From Candidatus Omnitrophota bacterium (GTDB lineage Bacteria > Omnitrophota > Gorgyraeia > B26-G9), in the NCBI GenBank assembly GCA_018817585.1, contig JAHITE010000048.1, forward strand, positions 2,100 to 66,099: a stretch of DNA of 64,000 bases, written 5' to 3'. Under the pieces are notes generated by a model, which searched no databases, had not been told where the DNA came from, and saw nothing but the letters and a program-made list of their open reading frames with translations. Below are positions 1-9,502 of the stretch, piece by piece (the first letter of the stretch is position 1; each line of letters starts with the position of its first letter). The position numbers and the translations under genes were made by a program.

Positions 1-1116
1 ACCCAGGATTTTGATGGAATATTACTTGATTTAACCTTACCGGACAGCAATGGTTTGGAAACTGTGCGCAGCGTGCATGCTCAGGCAGCGAATATTCCGA
101 TTATTGTTTTAACTGGTGTTGATGATGAGCATATCGCTACTAATGCTGTGCGGGAAGGCGCTCAGGATTATATTGTTAAAGGCAGCGCGGATATTAATGG
201 CTTGATTCGCTCGGTATTATACGCGATTGAGCGCAAACACGCTGAAGAAGAGCTGCGCCGGGCCCGCGATGAATTAGAGCTTAGAGTAATAGAGCGCACA
301 GAAGAATTGCAGCGGATAAATGAATTTTTAGCCAAAGAAGTAGAAGAGCGTAAAGAAACTGAGAATCAATTGCGGATTGCTAACAGCCGACTCAAGGAAA
401 CCCAGGCGCAGCTGATTCAAGCAGCGAAAATGGAAGTTGTCGGCGGTTTGGCCAGCGGGGTCGCGCATGAAGTTAAAAATCCTTTGGCAATTATTTTGCA
501 GGGAGTGGAATATCTTGAACGGAAAACCGATAAAGATGATAAGTCCGTAGCCACGACCATAGGTTTTATCCGCAACGCGGTAGAGCGCGCGGATAATATT
601 GTCCGCGGCTTAATGGATTTTTCCAGCATATCGCAGCTGAATATGGAAAATCAGCAGATTGTGCCGATTATTGAAAAAGCGTTAATGCTGTTAAAACATC
701 AATTTGATAAGCAGCATATAAAACTAGTTAAAAAGTTCGCGGATAATCTGCCGGAATTATTAATTGATCGAAATAAAATTGAGCAGGTTTTTCTGAATTT
801 GCTGATGAACGCGGCGGATGCTATGGAACAAGGCGGCATATTGACGGTTTCGATATATCGGCAAACGCGGGAACAGGCAAACTCAGAGAGAAAAAACGAA
901 GTTTTAATTGTCCAGATTATTGATCAGGGCACAGGGATTTCCGATAAAGTTAAAGACAGTATTTTTGATCCATTTTTTACGACTAAAAGAACTAAAGGCG
1001 GAACAGGCTTAGGCCTGCCAATTGTCCGCAATATATTGGAAACTCATAAAGCAGTTATTGAGATTAAGAATAACCCGGACAGAGGCGCGCAGGTATTAAT
1101 TAGATTTGCCTTATAA
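1..1116 (+). CDS. hybrid sensor histidine kinase, 5'-partial (receiver + coiled coil + HisKA + HATPase_c)
   Basis: Frame 1 is open from base 1. N-terminal receiver motifs (LLDLTLPD, IIVLTG, KG), H-box AHEVKNPL, and G-boxes DQGTGI / GGTGLGL. Confidence 0.85.
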   Translation, partial: TQDFDGILLDLTLPDSNGLETVRSVHAQAANIPIIVLTGVDDEHIATNAVREGAQDYIVKGSADINGLIRSVLYAIERKHAEEELRRARDELELRVIERTEELQRINEFLAKEVEERKETENQLRIANSRLKETQAQLIQAAKMEVVGGLASGVAHEVKNPLAIILQGVEYLERKTDKDDKSVATTIGFIRNAVERADNIVRGLMDFSSISQLNMENQQIVPIIEKALMLLKHQFDKQHIKLVKKFADNLPELLIDRNKIEQVFLNLLMNAADAMEQGGILTVSIYRQTREQANSERKNEVLIVQIIDQGTGISDKVKDSIFDPFFTTKRTKGGTGLGLPIVRNILETHKAVIEIKNNPDRGAQVLIRFAL

Positions 1117-1134
1117 AATATAGGAGTATAAGCA

Positions 1135-1509
1135 ATGGAAAAAATAAAAGTTTTAATTGTCGATGATGAGCCTAATTTTACGCAAATGCTAAAACTTAAT
1201 CTGGAAGCAACCGGAGGATATATTGTTCGGGTGGAAAATCAGGGGTCTAAAGCAGGAGAAGCCGCGCGGAGTTTTATGCCCGGAATAATTTTTTTAGATA
1301 TTGTTATGCCGGATATGGATGGATCGCAGATTCTGGCAATGTTCCGGGAAGACGCGATGCTTAAAAATGTTCCGGTGGTTTTTTTAACTGCTTTGGTGAC
1401 AAAAGATGAATTATCGATGGATGGTTCCTTTATTGCCGGCAATGCTTTTTTAGCCAAACCAGTTACAACTGAGCAAATGGTTAGCTGTATTAAAGATTTG
1501 GTAAAATAA
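1135..1509 (+). CDS. single-domain response regulator (CheY-like receiver)
   Basis: VLIVDDE, FLDIVMPDMDG, VVFLTA, AKP motifs; 124 aa; SD AGGAG upstream. Confidence 0.85.
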   Translation: MEKIKVLIVDDEPNFTQMLKLNLEATGGYIVRVENQGSKAGEAARSFMPGIIFLDIVMPDMDGSQILAMFREDAMLKNVPVVFLTALVTKDELSMDGSFIAGNAFLAKPVTTEQMVSCIKDLVK

Positions 1510-1527
1510 GCTGATAAGGGGAAGCTA

Positions 1528-1917
1528 ATGTCAAAGAAAAAAGTGCTGTTAATTGATGATGAAGAAAACTTTTGTTTTTTAGTTAAACAAAATTTAGAAG
1601 AAACAAAGGAGTTTATAGTCGAATATGCCAATGATCCGGATAAGGGGATTAAATTGGCGAAAAAGCTAATTCCAGAGGTTATTTTACTGGATATTACTAT
1701 GCCGAAAAAAAGCGGTTTGCAGGTTCTGGAAATTATTAAACAGGATGCTAAAACCATGGCAATTCCGATAATAATGCTCACGGCTCTTTCCGATGATAAT
1801 ACTAAATTAAAAGCTTCTTATTTATACGGAGATGATTATGTTGTAAAGCCAGTTCCGTTCGATGTATTAAAAGCGAAAATTGAGGAAGTTATAGACAGAC
1901 ATAGTAAACTTAGATAA
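1528..1917 (+). CDS. single-domain response regulator (CheY-like receiver)
   Basis: VLLIDDE, ILLDITMP, IIMLTA, VKP; paralog of the flanking receivers. Confidence 0.85.
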   Translation: MSKKKVLLIDDEENFCFLVKQNLEETKEFIVEYANDPDKGIKLAKKLIPEVILLDITMPKKSGLQVLEIIKQDAKTMAIPIIMLTALSDDNTKLKASYLYGDDYVVKPVPFDVLKAKIEEVIDRHSKLR

Positions 1918-1935
1918 TCAAAGAAAGGGGTATTT

Positions 1936-2325
1936 ATGTCTTTTTTTGCCAGCGTTCTTATTGTTGACGATGAAGAAGATTTTTGCCATTTACTTAAGAA
2001 AAATTTGGAAGCAACCGGTGAATTTAAAGTATTTTTTGCCCATAATGGACAGGATGGGATGACTTTAGCGCATATCGAACAGCCGGATATTATCTTATTA
2101 GATGTAATGATGCCGGATATTTCCGGAGCAGAGGTAGCGAATATTCTAAAAAAAGATGAAAAAGTCAGCGATATTCCGATAATTTTTCTCACGGCGATTA
2201 TTAAAAAAGATGAGATTGGCGTAGAACCAATGCGTAAAATTGGGGCGCATCGTTATATTGCCAAGCCAATAAAAACGCAAACTCTGGTAGAGTGTATTAA
2301 AGAAACAATAAACGCAAAAAAATGA
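1936..2325 (+). CDS. single-domain response regulator (CheY-like receiver)
   Basis: VLIVDDE, ILLDVMMPDISG, IIFLTA, AKP. Confidence 0.85.
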   Translation: MSFFASVLIVDDEEDFCHLLKKNLEATGEFKVFFAHNGQDGMTLAHIEQPDIILLDVMMPDISGAEVANILKKDEKVSDIPIIFLTAIIKKDEIGVEPMRKIGAHRYIAKPIKTQTLVECIKETINAKK

Positions 2326-2501
2326 TCGCAGTCCTTGCGTCATTAATATCCGCGCGATGTCATTCTAAAAAAGCTTATCCAGCAAACGCGCTTGATATAA
2401 ACGCCGGCAGTTGACAGTAAAACTAGGAATATCTTTTAATTAGAATTAATGCTGGTGAATTGTTCGCGTAAGGATTATGAATAAAAAAAGGGGAATTATT
2501 T

Positions 2502-5003
2502 ATGTCTAAACAAAGTACAAATAAATCATGGGTAACTGTTAATCGGGAAATGAGTCAAAAGGGCATAGAAATCTCTTTCCAGGATAACCGGCAATATGCT
2601 TTGGCCAAGGATCAGTATGCCGCTACTTTGCATGACAATTTTCTCGCTGTTTCCCTGGCGATTCGTGACCGCTTGGTTGAACGCTGGATTGTCACGCAGC
2701 AGGGATATCATAAAAATAATCTTAAGCGGGTTTATTATCTTTCCATGGAATTTTTAATCGGCCGGCTGTTAGGCAATAATATTTTAAATCTCGGCTTAAC
2801 GGATCAGGCCTATAATGCTATGGAAGATTTAGGGCTAGATCCAAATCAGATAGTTGATCAGGAATCAGATGCTGGTTTGGGTAATGGCGGTTTGGGTCGG
2901 CTGGCAGCTTGTTTTCTTGATTCAATGGCAACCTTAGCAATTCCGGCATATGGGTATGGGATTAGATATGATTATGGAATTTTTAATCAGAAAATAATTG
3001 ATGGTTATCAAGTTGAATCTCCGGATGAATGGCTAAAACTCGGCAATCCTTGGGAATTCTGCCGTCCGGAATATACTGTAAAAATTCGCTTTTACGGCAA
3101 AACCCGGACTTATCAGGATCGGCATGGCCGATTGCGCGTGCATTGGGCGGATACTAAAGATGTTTTAGCTGTGCCTTATGATATGCCGGTGCCGGGTTAT
3201 AAGAATGATGTGATTAATACTCTGCGTTTATGGTCCGCGCGCAGTGCTGAAGAATTTGATTTTGAATATTTCAATGACGGCGATTATGAACGGGCGGTTT
3301 ATAATCAGGTAATTTCGGAAAATATTTCCAAGGTTTTATATCCTAATGATATTATTATTCAGGGAAAAGAACTGCGTTTGCAGCAGGAGTATTTTTTTAC
3401 CGCGGCTTCGATTTCCGATATTATTCGCAGGTTTAAAGTCGATAATAATGATATCCGGCAATTGCATGAAAAAGCCGCTATTCAGTTAAACGATACGCAT
3501 CCGGCTTTGGCTATAGTTGAACTGATGCGGATTTTGGTTGATGAAGAAGAAATGGAATGGGACGCGGCCTGGCATATTACGGTCAATACCTGCGCGTATA
3601 CTAATCACACGATGATGCCTGAGGCTTTAGAATCCTGGTCAGTGGAATTGTTTGAAAAACTTTTGCCGCGTCACTTGCAATTGATTTATGAAATCAATCG
3701 CCGGTTTTTAAGGGAAGTGGCTAATCGTTATCCCTGGGATATTTTACGTCAGGCCAGAATGTCAATCATTGAAGAAGGCAATCCTAAACATATTCGGATG
3801 GCTTATTTATCGATCATCGGCAGTCATTCAGTAAATGGGGTGTCGCCTTTGCATTCGGAGTTAATCAAAAATCAGCTGTTCAAAGATTTTAATGATGTCT
3901 GGCCGGAAAAGTTTAACAATAAAACTAATGGAGTTACCCAGAGGAGATGGCTGGCCAAAGCGAATCCGAGATTAGCAGATTTGATTACCAGCAAAATCGG
4001 CGACAACTGGATATCTAATCTGACGGAGTTAGACAAGCTTACGCCGCTTTGCGAAGACGCGGAGTTTCGTCAGCAGTGGCAGGCAGTGAAAGCGCGGAAT
4101 AAACAGGATTTAGCCGCGTATATTAAACAGACAACAGCGGTAAGTGTTAATCCGGATTCTTTGTTTGATGTTCAGGTTAAACGGATTCATGAGTATAAAC
4201 GTCAGTTTATGTTTGGCTTGTATATTATCCGGCAGTATTTAAAAATAAAGAAAGATCCAAATTCAGTTGTTGTGCCCAGAACATTTATTTTTAGCGGGAA
4301 AGCGGCGCCAGGTTATTTTATGGCGAAGTTGATTATTAAATTTATTAACCGGATCGCGGATATTGTGAATAATGATCGGGGAGTAAAGGATTTATTAAAA
4401 GTAGTTTTCTTAGAAAATTACCGGGTTTCTTTGGCTGAGAGAATTTTTCCGGCCAGTGATTTGTCGGAGCAGATATCAACCGCGGGAACAGAAGCCTCAG
4501 GAACGGGATGCATGAAGTTCATGATGAATGGCGCCCTGACCATCGGCACTTTAGATGGAGCAAATATTGATATTAAAAAAGCCGCTGGTGATGAAAATAT
4601 ATTTATCTTTGGTTTGCGCGAGCATGAAGTTCAGGAATTAAAGCGTAATGGATATTACCCCCCGGAATATATTAACCGGTCGCCGATGTTAAAAGCGGTT
4701 TTGGATTTAATTAAAAGTCATTTCTTTTGCCCTCTTGATCCAGAGCTTTTTGATCCATTAATCAATAGTTTAATCAACCAGGATTATTTCATGGTTTGCG
4801 CGGATTTTGATGCTTATTGCGCTATGCAGGATAAGGTTTCTGAGGCATTTAAAGACCAGGAGACTTGGCTTAAAAAATCGATTGTCAATGTGGCTAAATC
4901 AGGAGAATTTTCCAGCGATAATTCCATAGCGCGCTACGCGCAGGAAATCTGGCAAGTGCCTTATCGGATTGCGGCAAATCAGCAGCAAAATAAAGATAAA
5001 TAA
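2502..5003 (+). CDS. glgP: glycogen/alpha-glucan phosphorylase
   Basis: 833 aa; pyridoxal-phosphate lysine motif EASGTGCMKFMMNGALTIGTLDGANIDI; LGNGGLGRLAACFLDS. Confidence 0.9.
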   Translation: MSKQSTNKSWVTVNREMSQKGIEISFQDNRQYALAKDQYAATLHDNFLAVSLAIRDRLVERWIVTQQGYHKNNLKRVYYLSMEFLIGRLLGNNILNLGLTDQAYNAMEDLGLDPNQIVDQESDAGLGNGGLGRLAACFLDSMATLAIPAYGYGIRYDYGIFNQKIIDGYQVESPDEWLKLGNPWEFCRPEYTVKIRFYGKTRTYQDRHGRLRVHWADTKDVLAVPYDMPVPGYKNDVINTLRLWSARSAEEFDFEYFNDGDYERAVYNQVISENISKVLYPNDIIIQGKELRLQQEYFFTAASISDIIRRFKVDNNDIRQLHEKAAIQLNDTHPALAIVELMRILVDEEEMEWDAAWHITVNTCAYTNHTMMPEALESWSVELFEKLLPRHLQLIYEINRRFLREVANRYPWDILRQARMSIIEEGNPKHIRMAYLSIIGSHSVNGVSPLHSELIKNQLFKDFNDVWPEKFNNKTNGVTQRRWLAKANPRLADLITSKIGDNWISNLTELDKLTPLCEDAEFRQQWQAVKARNKQDLAAYIKQTTAVSVNPDSLFDVQVKRIHEYKRQFMFGLYIIRQYLKIKKDPNSVVVPRTFIFSGKAAPGYFMAKLIIKFINRIADIVNNDRGVKDLLKVVFLENYRVSLAERIFPASDLSEQISTAGTEASGTGCMKFMMNGALTIGTLDGANIDIKKAAGDENIFIFGLREHEVQELKRNGYYPPEYINRSPMLKAVLDLIKSHFFCPLDPELFDPLINSLINQDYFMVCADFDAYCAMQDKVSEAFKDQETWLKKSIVNVAKSGEFSSDNSIARYAQEIWQVPYRIAANQQQNKDK

Positions 5004-5009
5004 ACAATT

Positions 5010-5636
5010 ATGCAGAGAATAAATAATTTATTCTCCAGGGTCTATAAAAAGCAATCTCCGCGTCAACCGTATGTTTTAGGGCTTAGCGGCAGTCCGAGAA
5101 TTCAGGGAAACTCGGAAATTCTCTTGGACAAAGCTTTGTCCGGCGCGGTTAGCAGCGGCGCGCGAATTGAAAAAATCCGGATAAATGATTGTAAGTTTAT
5201 TGCTTGCCAGGATTGTGAAAATGTGCGCAATGATGGCTATTGTTCAATTAATGATCAATTTCAAAAAATTTACCAGGCGATTCAAAAAGCCGATATTATT
5301 TTTTTAAGCAGTCCGATATATTTTGGCAGTCTGACTGCTCAGACAAAAATGTTGATTGATCGTTTTCAATGTCATTGGCGGGCAGTTAATCAGTTTAAAA
5401 CTTTACCTCAGGAGGTTAAAAAACAGGGTTATTTTTTATCTATCCAGGCTGAGGCTAGAGATGTTTTTTTTACTAATGCTGCTTTAATCGTGCGAAATTT
5501 CTTTGCTACCGCGGGGATTAAGTATTGCGGGGAATTGTTTTGCCCTGGAGTGGAAGAAAAGGGGATGATTAGCCAATACCCGGATAAATTGAATCAGGCA
5601 TTTGTTTTAGGAGAAAATTTGTATTGCCGGATTTAA
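5010..5636 (+). CDS. flavodoxin-like NADPH-dependent FMN reductase / iron-sulfur flavoprotein family protein
   Basis: LGLSGSPR..GNS, Cys cluster CKFIACQDCEN, ADIIFLSSPIYFGS..KMLIDR. Confidence 0.6.
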   Translation: MQRINNLFSRVYKKQSPRQPYVLGLSGSPRIQGNSEILLDKALSGAVSSGARIEKIRINDCKFIACQDCENVRNDGYCSINDQFQKIYQAIQKADIIFLSSPIYFGSLTAQTKMLIDRFQCHWRAVNQFKTLPQEVKKQGYFLSIQAEARDVFFTNAALIVRNFFATAGIKYCGELFCPGVEEKGMISQYPDKLNQAFVLGENLYCRI

Positions 5637-5672
5637 GCAAGAAAATATAAATATTGTGAGAATGGAATAATT

Positions 5673-6662
5673 ATGAGAAAAAGACATTTTTTAATCATTG
5701 GAGTATTTTTATCCTGCTTTTTAATTTGGCCGCAAACTGGTTGGACAGCGCAAAAAATTCTTCTAGCCGTATTCTATGAGATCCCTGATTACTTGATAAC
5801 CCTCCAGGCTTTTAAAGCCGGGCTTGCTCAGGCGGCAAAACAGCAGGGCAAGGAACTTGAATGGCTGGAATTAAAGCAGTTAGATGGTAATATTCATGAT
5901 TTCATTTCTAAATTAAAGGAAATCGAAAATACGATTGATTTGGTTTTTGTCGCTGGAACACCGACGGCTATGGCGGTGCTTGAGTCGGGAATAAAAAAGC
6001 CTGTATTATTCGCGGCAGTGGCTAATCCGAAAAAAGCCAAGCTGGTGGATAATTTGCATTCACCGGGCCGCAATTTTACCGGAATATATTGCGCGGTTTC
6101 CGCAAACCGTCAACTGCAGACAATATTGAGTTCATTTCCGGAAATAAAGAATATTACAATTATTTATAATCCATTTGATCCCGCGCCGACGGCACAGGTT
6201 GAGGAATGGTTTAAAGCAGTTATGGTTCGCAAAGATCTGGATATTAAATTTAACAAGATTAAAATCCCGGAACAAGTAAATAGTGCGCAGTCAATGCGGG
6301 AATTTATGAATACATTAGATAAGACAATGGATATATTGATTACTACCGCGGATGCGAAAATATCAAGCTATGGAGAAGCAATAATTCAAGTTGCTAATCA
6401 GAATAATATTCCGGTTTACAGCAGTTTAAACAGTATGGTTGAAGCGGGAGCTTTATTTTCTCTAGGATTTAAATTTAAGCAGGCAGCGGAGCAGCTCAGT
6501 GTTAGCCAGGCTTTAAGGATATTAAACGGAACATTGCCCCAGGATATTCCGGTGTGTACTTTACCGGAATATAATTTAGTGATTAACTTAAAAACCGCAA
6601 AGCAGATAGGCATTAAATTTCCGGAAAAAATCCTACAAGAAGCAGATCAAATAATCCAATAA
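5673..6662 (+). CDS. secreted ABC-transporter substrate-binding-like protein (PF04392-like)
   Basis: Signal peptide; periplasmic binding-protein-like sequence; no adjacent permease. Confidence 0.5.
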   Translation: MRKRHFLIIGVFLSCFLIWPQTGWTAQKILLAVFYEIPDYLITLQAFKAGLAQAAKQQGKELEWLELKQLDGNIHDFISKLKEIENTIDLVFVAGTPTAMAVLESGIKKPVLFAAVANPKKAKLVDNLHSPGRNFTGIYCAVSANRQLQTILSSFPEIKNITIIYNPFDPAPTAQVEEWFKAVMVRKDLDIKFNKIKIPEQVNSAQSMREFMNTLDKTMDILITTADAKISSYGEAIIQVANQNNIPVYSSLNSMVEAGALFSLGFKFKQAAEQLSVSQALRILNGTLPQDIPVCTLPEYNLVINLKTAKQIGIKFPEKILQEADQIIQ

Positions 6663-6685
6663 AATTTAAAAAGGTTAAGATTAGA

Positions 6686-9346
6686 ATGAATCCAGACAGC
6701 CGTGAATTAACTCCGATGATGCACCAGTATCTTCAGATAAAAAACACACATCAGGACGCGATATTATTTTTTCGTTTAGGCGATTTTTATGAAATGTTTT
6801 TCGATGATGCTAAAATCGCTTCACCTATTTTAGGCCTTACCCTTACTGCTAGAGGCGTTGGTGATAATCGTGTGCCGATGTGCGGAATTCCTTTTCATGC
6901 CGCGGAAAATTATATTAACCGCTTAATAAATGCTGGCCATAAAGTCGCGATTTGCGAACAGCTCAGCGATCCGAAAGCCGCTAAAGGGATTGTAAAAAGA
7001 GATATTGTGCGGATTATTACTCCCGGAACGCTGATTGGCCAGAGCATGCTTGAAGGCAAAGCAAATAATTATCTGGTAAGTATCTTTCATCACTCTGAGC
7101 AGGAATATGGTCTGGCGGTCGCGGATTTATCTACCGGAGAATTTAAAGTTACCCAGCTGAATCAACAACATCGTTTGCTGGGTGAACTGATCAGATTATC
7201 TCCGGCGGAAGTAATTTTGTCCGCCAGTCTTAAGACAGATAAGAATTTAGTTGAAAAAATAAACCTCAGTATTCAGACTATGATCAGCGATGTTGAGGAC
7301 TGGGCTTTTGACCGCGCGGCGAGTTATGATAAATTAATCAAGCATTTTAAAACTCAGAATCTGCAGGGCTTTGGCTGTGAAGACATGCCGCTGGCGGTGT
7401 GTGCTGCCGGAGCCTTGTTGCGCTATTTAGAGCAAACCCAGAAAACCCAACTAAAGCATATTAATAAAATCAGGCCTTATTCCCTGAATAAAATTATGAT
7501 CTTAGACGGCGTTGCCCAGCGCAATCTGGAATTAACCAGGACAATGCGCGGAGCGAAAAAAGGCAGTTTGCTCGAAGAATTAAATTATACTAATGTTCCC
7601 ATGGGCAGCCGCTTATTAACTAATTGGATTCAGCAGCCTTTATTGGATATTAGTCAGATTAATAAAAGATTGGATGCGGTAGAAGAACTTAAGAATGATC
7701 AGGCTTTGCGCAATAGTCTGCAGGCGGAACTTAAGGAAATTGGAGATATTGAACGCCTGCTCAGCCGGATAAGCTTGGGCGCGGCTAATGCCAGAGATGT
7801 GTTTAGTTTGAACAATTCTTTAAAAATAATTCCCAGGCTTAAAGCTTTGCTGGATAAATCAAGCAGCAGTTTATTAATTGATTTGCAGTCTGGACTGGAT
7901 GAACATTCTGATCTAGTGGATTTGCTGGAGCAGTCAATCCGGGCAGATGCTCCGCTGTCGACTAAAGAAGGACGAATGATTAAACCCGGGTTTAATCAGG
8001 AACTGGATGAGCTGATCGCGATTACTTGCGGAGGTAAAGATTGGCTGGCAGCTTTACAGCAAAAGGAAATCCAGCGTACCGGGATTTCTTCCTTAAAGAT
8101 AAAATATAATAAAGTATTCGGCTATTATATTGAAGTAACCAATGCTAATCTGACTCTGGTGCCGGATGATTATACCCGTAAACAGACCTTGGTCAATGCC
8201 GAGCGATTTACTACTTTGGAATTAAAGGAACAGGAAGAGAAAATTTTATCTGCTCAGGATAAAATGCTGGATTTAGAATTACAGATATTTATAAAAATCT
8301 GCGGCCAAATTATTGATCAGCTTTCGCTGATTCAGAAAAGCGCTGGGTTTATTGCTGTGCTTGATGTGCTAAATGGTTTGGCCACGGCAGCAGCGAATAA
8401 TAATTATACTCGCCCTGAGCTGAGCGATGATTCAAAAATTAATATCAAAAACGGCCGGCATCCTGTATTGGAAAATCTGCTCAGCAGAAATAAATTCATT
8501 CCCAATGATACACTGCTTGATACGCGGGATAATCAGGTGATGATTATTACCGGGCCGAATATGGCGGGTAAATCCACATATATTCGTCAGGTTGCTTTAA
8601 TAATTCTCATGGCTCAGATCGGCAGTTTTGTGCCCGCGGAGCAAGCCCGGATCGGGATCGTGGATAGAATTTTTACCCGGATTGGCGCGGCAGATGATAT
8701 TAGCGCCGGGATGAGTACCTTTATGATGGAAATGAGTGAAACCGCTAATATTTTAAACAATGCTACTGCCCGAAGTTTGATTATTCTTGATGAAATCGGA
8801 CGCGGTACCAGTACTTTTGACGGCTTAAGTATTGCCTGGGCAACCGCGGAATATCTGCATGAAAATCAGGCCGCGAAAGCAAAGACTTTATTTGCCACGC
8901 ATTATCATGAATTAGCGGAAATGGAAATGATGTTTAAGGGCATTAAAAATTATAATGTTTCAGTAAGAGAGTGGAACGATGAAGTAATCTTTTTATATAA
9001 ACTAATCCAGGGACAAGCCGATCATTCCTATGGGATTCATGTGGCCAGATTAGCTGGTTTGCCTAAGCAGGTAATTAACCGGGCACGGGAAATTTTAGGC
9101 AATTTGGAGATTAACAGTATTTCCAGCAATGGCATTCCCAGTTTAGTGCAATCAGATATAAATAAGAAAAAAAAGCAGGAAGTCCAGCCGGAATTATTCA
9201 GTCAAAAAGAAAATATTTTGATTAGTAAAATCAGGGCAATTGATTTAAATCAGCTTAGTCCGATTGAGGCCTTGAATTTACTTGATCAATGGAAGCAGGA
9301 AATAGAGAACATAAAACCGAAGGATGATGGACGATCGCTACGCTAG
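6686..9346 (+). CDS. mutS: DNA mismatch repair protein MutS
   Basis: 886 aa; Walker A GPNMAGKSTYIRQ; MutS domains throughout. Confidence 0.95.
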   Translation: MNPDSRELTPMMHQYLQIKNTHQDAILFFRLGDFYEMFFDDAKIASPILGLTLTARGVGDNRVPMCGIPFHAAENYINRLINAGHKVAICEQLSDPKAAKGIVKRDIVRIITPGTLIGQSMLEGKANNYLVSIFHHSEQEYGLAVADLSTGEFKVTQLNQQHRLLGELIRLSPAEVILSASLKTDKNLVEKINLSIQTMISDVEDWAFDRAASYDKLIKHFKTQNLQGFGCEDMPLAVCAAGALLRYLEQTQKTQLKHINKIRPYSLNKIMILDGVAQRNLELTRTMRGAKKGSLLEELNYTNVPMGSRLLTNWIQQPLLDISQINKRLDAVEELKNDQALRNSLQAELKEIGDIERLLSRISLGAANARDVFSLNNSLKIIPRLKALLDKSSSSLLIDLQSGLDEHSDLVDLLEQSIRADAPLSTKEGRMIKPGFNQELDELIAITCGGKDWLAALQQKEIQRTGISSLKIKYNKVFGYYIEVTNANLTLVPDDYTRKQTLVNAERFTTLELKEQEEKILSAQDKMLDLELQIFIKICGQIIDQLSLIQKSAGFIAVLDVLNGLATAAANNNYTRPELSDDSKINIKNGRHPVLENLLSRNKFIPNDTLLDTRDNQVMIITGPNMAGKSTYIRQVALIILMAQIGSFVPAEQARIGIVDRIFTRIGAADDISAGMSTFMMEMSETANILNNATARSLIILDEIGRGTSTFDGLSIAWATAEYLHENQAAKAKTLFATHYHELAEMEMMFKGIKNYNVSVREWNDEVIFLYKLIQGQADHSYGIHVARLAGLPKQVINRAREILGNLEINSISSNGIPSLVQSDINKKKKQEVQPELFSQKENILISKIRAIDLNQLSPIEALNLLDQWKQEIENIKPKDDGRSLR

Positions 9347-9354
9347 GACGCAAA

Positions 9355-9475
9355 AACAGTTATGAATTATGAATTAAAAAACAAAGAAAAAACAGCTTGT
9401 AAGTTCAAAAGCAGTTAATTCATAACTTATAATTCATAATTCATAACTATTAACTATTAACTATAATCAGGGATA
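9355..9475. repeat. heptanucleotide-periodic tandem repeat array (inverted TTATGAA / TCATAAY half-arrays around an A-rich centre)
   Basis: About 16 phased 7-mers: gaattat gaattaa ... tcataac ttataat tcataat tcataac tattaac tattaac tataatc. Confidence 0.8.
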
Positions 9476-9502
9476 AGCAACTATATTAGGACAAGACATG
9501 TT

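Noticed and set aside
417-2343. Antisense and overlapping ORFs from the six-frame track (e.g. 417..629-, 1239..1781-, 1836..2192-, 2146..2343-, and many others of 60-140 aa throughout the window)
   Set aside because: They lie entirely inside well-supported genes on the opposite strand or in alternative frames. They have low-complexity composition and no SD. They are shadow ORFs typical of AT-rich DNA.
9325-9346. GC-rich 3' tail of mutS (ggacgatcgctacgctag) sharing the 10-mer CGCTACGCTA with the intergenic site at 23745
   Set aside because: Only two occurrences. One lies in coding sequence and one is in an AATTAC...GTAATT inverted repeat upstream of the free receiver. There is no further structure, so chance is likely.
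9355-9475. Could the heptad arrays be a CRISPR array or a minisatellite of identical units?
   Set aside because: The units are 7 nt, degenerate and contiguous with no spacers, and no cas genes are present. This is not CRISPR-like. They are also not identical-unit microsatellites.
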